From Candidatus Falkowbacteria bacterium RIFOXYA2_FULL_47_19 (GTDB lineage: Bacteria; Patescibacteriota; Patescibacteriia; Patescibacteriales; UBA12075): a stretch of 64,000 bases of DNA. The position numbers and the translations under genes are program-made. The notes beneath the pieces were generated by a model. The model was given only the letters and a program-made list of their open reading frames with translations, was not told where the DNA came from and searched no databases. This document shows, piece after piece, positions 60,815-64,000 of this stretch. Each line of letters starts with the position of its first letter. Within the stretch, counting starts at the first letter, position 1. Location: positions 59,841 through 123,840 of the forward strand of contig MFGB01000017.1 of assembly GCA_001780275.1 (NCBI GenBank). The letters are read 5' to 3'.

Positions 60815-62410
60815 ATGGACACACAAGAAAACAATAAACGACCCAAACCGGTCGTTCTGGTGGTTCTGGACGGATGGGGGATAAATCAGCCCTATACCGG
60901 CAATGCTATTTCCCAGTCAAATACCCCCGTCATGAACAGCCTGATCGCGGAATATCCCTCAATGACCCTAAGAGCTTCCGGCGAAGCGGTCGGCCTGCCC
61001 TGGGGGGAAAGCGGCAACAGCGAGGTGGGGCATATCAGCCTGGGGCTCGGGAGAATTTTATACCAGGATCTGCCCCGCATAAATAAGGCGATAAGCGACA
61101 CCAGTTTTTATAAAAATCCGGCTCTGCTCAAAGCGATAGAACATGTCCGAAAGAATGGTTCCTGCCTGCACCTCTTAGGGCTCGTTTCTAACGGGTGTGT
61201 GCATTCATCGATAGACCATCTGCACGCCTTACTGGTTTTGGCGCGGGAAAATAACCTTGAACGGGTTTATATCCACGCTATTCTAGACGGCCGCGATACG
61301 CCTTTCAATAGCGGTGTAAACTTCATTAAAGGTATCGCCCGCAGCATCTCCGAATATAATATCGGTGAAATAGCCACTGTTTCCGGGCGTTTTTACACGA
61401 TGGACCGGAATAATAACTGGGATCGGACAGCTAGAGCCTATTTAAACCTGACGGCCGGGGGGGGCGATCAGGCCGAAGATCCGGTAGAGGCGGTGGAGGC
61501 GAGCTATAAGAATAAGGTTTATGACGAGGAATTCGCGCCAACGGTCATTATGCGAGACGGCAAACCCATAGCCACGGTTAAGGATAATGACGCGGTAATC
61601 TTCTATAATTTCCGCCCGGATCGAGCCAGACAGATCGCCCAAGCCTTCGTTCTGCCGGAATTCGACAAATTCGATCGGCCCAAATTCCTGAATAATTTAT
61701 TGTTTACCGGTTTTACCGAATATGAGAAAGGCCTGCCGATAGAAACGGCCTTTCCGGTCGAGAAAATCGATAATTCCCTGGGCGAGGTGCTAAGCAAAGC
61801 CGGTTTGAAGCAGCTTCGAATAGCTGAAACCGAGAAGTATGCCCATGTTACTTATTTCTTTAATGGCGGACGGGAGGAAAAATCACCGGGCGAAGACCAT
61901 ATCCTGGTGCCGTCACCACAGGTTTCCAATTATGACCTGAAACCGGAAATGTCAGCCCCCGAGGTCACAAAAAAAATACTGGAAATGGTCAATGATGATA
62001 TTTATGATTTTATATTAGTAAATTTCGCCAACGCGGACATGGTCGGGCATACCGGGAATATTCCTGCCGCCAAAAAAGCGATTGAAACGCTTGATGATTG
62101 CGTGGATAAGCTTGTAAAAAGCGTTTTAGCGAAAGGCGGGGCGATCCTCATTACCGCCGATCACGGCAATGCCGACGTCATGTTCAACATGCAAACCGGC
62201 CAGATAGACAAAGAACATACCGCCAACCCCGTTCCATTCATAATCGTCGGCCGCGAATTCGCCGGGCGCAATTTCGGCTGGCAGAACGTAGTGGGGAGCG
62301 ACCTTTCCCTGATTCAGCCCCAGGGCATATTATCCGACATAGCGCCCACGATCCTTAAGATCATGGGAATCGAAAAACCGCCGGAGATGACGGGGATGAG
62401 CCTTATTTAA
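60815..62410 (+). CDS. gpmI: 2,3-BPG-independent phosphoglycerate mutase, copy 2
   Basis: VLDGWG, GNSEVGH, ETEKYAH, DMVGHTG, TADHGN. Confidence 0.95.
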   Translation: MDTQENNKRPKPVVLVVLDGWGINQPYTGNAISQSNTPVMNSLIAEYPSMTLRASGEAVGLPWGESGNSEVGHISLGLGRILYQDLPRINKAISDTSFYKNPALLKAIEHVRKNGSCLHLLGLVSNGCVHSSIDHLHALLVLARENNLERVYIHAILDGRDTPFNSGVNFIKGIARSISEYNIGEIATVSGRFYTMDRNNNWDRTARAYLNLTAGGGDQAEDPVEAVEASYKNKVYDEEFAPTVIMRDGKPIATVKDNDAVIFYNFRPDRARQIAQAFVLPEFDKFDRPKFLNNLLFTGFTEYEKGLPIETAFPVEKIDNSLGEVLSKAGLKQLRIAETEKYAHVTYFFNGGREEKSPGEDHILVPSPQVSNYDLKPEMSAPEVTKKILEMVNDDIYDFILVNFANADMVGHTGNIPAAKKAIETLDDCVDKLVKSVLAKGGAILITADHGNADVMFNMQTGQIDKEHTANPVPFIIVGREFAGRNFGWQNVVGSDLSLIQPQGILSDIAPTILKIMGIEKPPEMTGMSLI

Positions 62411-62441
62411 TTTTTTGGTTTTTGCATATAGCGGTTAATAT

Positions 62442-62660
62442 TGGAATGAAAACAGAACACTTCGGCCAAAAAATTTCAAGCACCAAATAACAAATCCCAA
62501 ATAAATTCCAAATTCAAAATAACAAACCTTAAACTTAAATTTTAGTTAATGTTGGATAGTATGGAATATAATGTGTTTTGAATTTGTTATTTAGAATTTA
62601 TTTGTAATTAGGTGCTTGTTATTTGGAATTTTCCAATTTAACAGCTCTGCTTTCATTCCA
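62442..62660. repeat. Family A heptamer element with additional 17-bp outer inverted repeats
   Basis: TGGAATGAAAACAGAAC / GCTCTGCTTTCATTCCA (15 of 17 complementary); inner CAAATAACAAATCCCAAATAAATTCCAAATTC arms. Confidence 0.8.
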
Positions 62661-62672
62661 TTAAAAACCTAT

Positions 62673-62750
62673 GGCTTATAGCTGGCAGCTCGCATGGGTT
62701 TTAAGGCCTTAGATAAGACCCTAAAAGCGATCAGCTAAAAGCTAAAATCC
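62673..62750. repeat. Heptamer-repeat inverted element, family G (TTATAGC/GCTAAAA); related arm at 50133-50160
   Basis: GGCTTATAGCTGGCAGCT ... AGCGATCAGCTAAAAGCTAAAATCC directly before an ATG. Confidence 0.6.
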
Positions 62751-62751
62751 T

Positions 62752-64000
62752 ATGTTTATCTATAAAAAATATTTTATAGTTACTGCGGTTTTATTTCTGG
62801 CGGGCGCTTTAGGATACATTGCGTCCGCCCAGACCCCTTCACCGGATACGATCGCGATCAGGATAATCCCTAATCCGGAGCACTACAGCGCCCGCCGATG
62901 GTATAAAGTAAAGAAATTTACCGGTTCGCCCCAATCTCTGACGGTCGACGGCTACGAGGCCGTACGCGATGGCCGGACGGTCTACGTTAACGTGGCCAAT
63001 GTCGCTGGCGCGACGTTATATACTAATATTTATTTGATCTCCTATAATCAGGCGGCCGAGAACGCCACGGTCGATATTTTCGGGAACATGCTCTTAAACT
63101 GGAAATTCAATACGAACTATACGGTTGTGGGCGTTTGCCGGGGGCACACCGCGATCAACTGTTTTACGGACGGTGAATGTCCGGCAAACGACGTTTGCGA
63201 CAGCACTAAGGCGCGAGTTACTCGCGATACGATCCGCTTGTCCGATATCGTGGAGATAAAATTCATAGCTGCCGAAAGGAGAAAGAACGGGCACTACCCC
63301 GTTTTAGGAGCTGGTTCGTATCTGCCTCATCGGACGATTTCCGTCTGGCCCAGCTGGCAGGATACGCTCGGCGCGGAGCTTCAGACTAATCTGCCGGTCG
63401 ATCCGATCAATAGGCTAGGGGATTGCGGCGCGGCCAGATTCGATCCCGTAACCTGCTGGGACGAGGACAACAAGGAATTCGCCTCGAATCTCCCGGATCT
63501 GCCTAATAACAGCTTTTCTTACATATATTCGACCGATGCCGACGGCGTAAATATCGAAGTTTGCGCGGTTATGGAAGCCGGTTTGGCTATAGGCGGAGCC
63601 GGCGTTTGTGCTTTGGCTTCGGTATGCACCGATCTTGACGGTGACGGTTTTTGCCGGCCGGTTTGCGGAACTTGCTTAATGGATTGCGACGATAGCGATC
63701 CGAGCGTGCATGGTCCCAGTGGAGCCGAGATCTGCTCTGGGGGGTTGGACGAGGATTGCGACGGCCTGGCCGATTGCAACGATCCGAACTGTGCGGGTAA
63801 CCCGCTTTGCCTGACCGGCCCGATTTGCGGCGGCAACGGCTGCGAATCCGCCCTGGGCGAAACCTGCGCTACTTGTCCGGCTGACTGCGGCGCTTGTCCT
63901 CCGCCCACCTGCGGCAACAGCGTGTGCGATCCCAGCGAATGCCCCGGCGGAACGAATCCTTGTCCGGCTGATTGCCGCTGCGGCAACGGCAACACGGAAT
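62752..64000 (+). CDS. Large secreted Cys-rich surface protein (partial; runs off window)
   Basis: Manual translation MFIYKKYFIVTAVLFLAGALGYIASAQ..VDGYEAVRDGRTVYVN..LPVDPIN..D.DGDG..DCDD..E.C..DEDCDG..CG...C. Confidence 0.85.
   Translation, partial: MFIYKKYFIVTAVLFLAGALGYIASAQTPSPDTIAIRIIPNPEHYSARRWYKVKKFTGSPQSLTVDGYEAVRDGRTVYVNVANVAGATLYTNIYLISYNQAAENATVDIFGNMLLNWKFNTNYTVVGVCRGHTAINCFTDGECPANDVCDSTKARVTRDTIRLSDIVEIKFIAAERRKNGHYPVLGAGSYLPHRTISVWPSWQDTLGAELQTNLPVDPINRLGDCGAARFDPVTCWDEDNKEFASNLPDLPNNSFSYIYSTDADGVNIEVCAVMEAGLAIGGAGVCALASVCTDLDGDGFCRPVCGTCLMDCDDSDPSVHGPSGAEICSGGLDEDCDGLADCNDPNCAGNPLCLTGPICGGNGCESALGETCATCPADCGACPPPTCGNSVCDPSECPGGTNPCPADCRCGNGNTE

Noticed and set aside
63519..63995. 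158-aa minus-strand Gln/Pro-rich ORF
   Set aside because: Antisense shadow of the Cys-rich plus-strand gene.

Overview
This is a 64 kb chromosomal segment of a small-genome bacterium, most consistent with Patescibacteria/CPR (Parcubacteria-like). That placement is inferred from AT-rich leaders lacking a Shine-Dalgarno (SD) site on core genes, an archaeal/eukaryote-type ProRS, a type IV pilin and large Cys-rich surface proteins. Core genes: gmd (partial), holB, frr, rseP, hpf, secA, secD/secF, proS, mreBCD-mrdA, a CIRCE-controlled hrcA-grpE-hsp20-dnaK-dnaJ cluster, htrA, a Gld-type ABC system, acs, murJ, pgk, eno and two gpmI. No rRNA, tRNA, CRISPR array, transposase, integrase or reverse transcriptase was recognised. 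The most striking unexplained structure is a set of about 20 intergenic elements built from degenerate 7-8 nt tandem repeats, mostly arranged as inverted arms, in at least seven unit families. Many begin at a stop codon and/or end a few nt before the next start codon. One copy (39637-40061) encloses an AT-rich four-helix-bundle (23S-IVP/Avd-like) gene, and a same-family copy (13179-13278) is empty, suggesting a filled/empty insertion system at gene junctions. Other notable items: a Nudix-GrpE fusion, SecD with two inserted parvulin domains, a secreted PLC/P1-like plus SNase multi-enzyme protein, a candidate ~100 nt ncRNA upstream of proS, several REP-like families and several unannotated small proteins.
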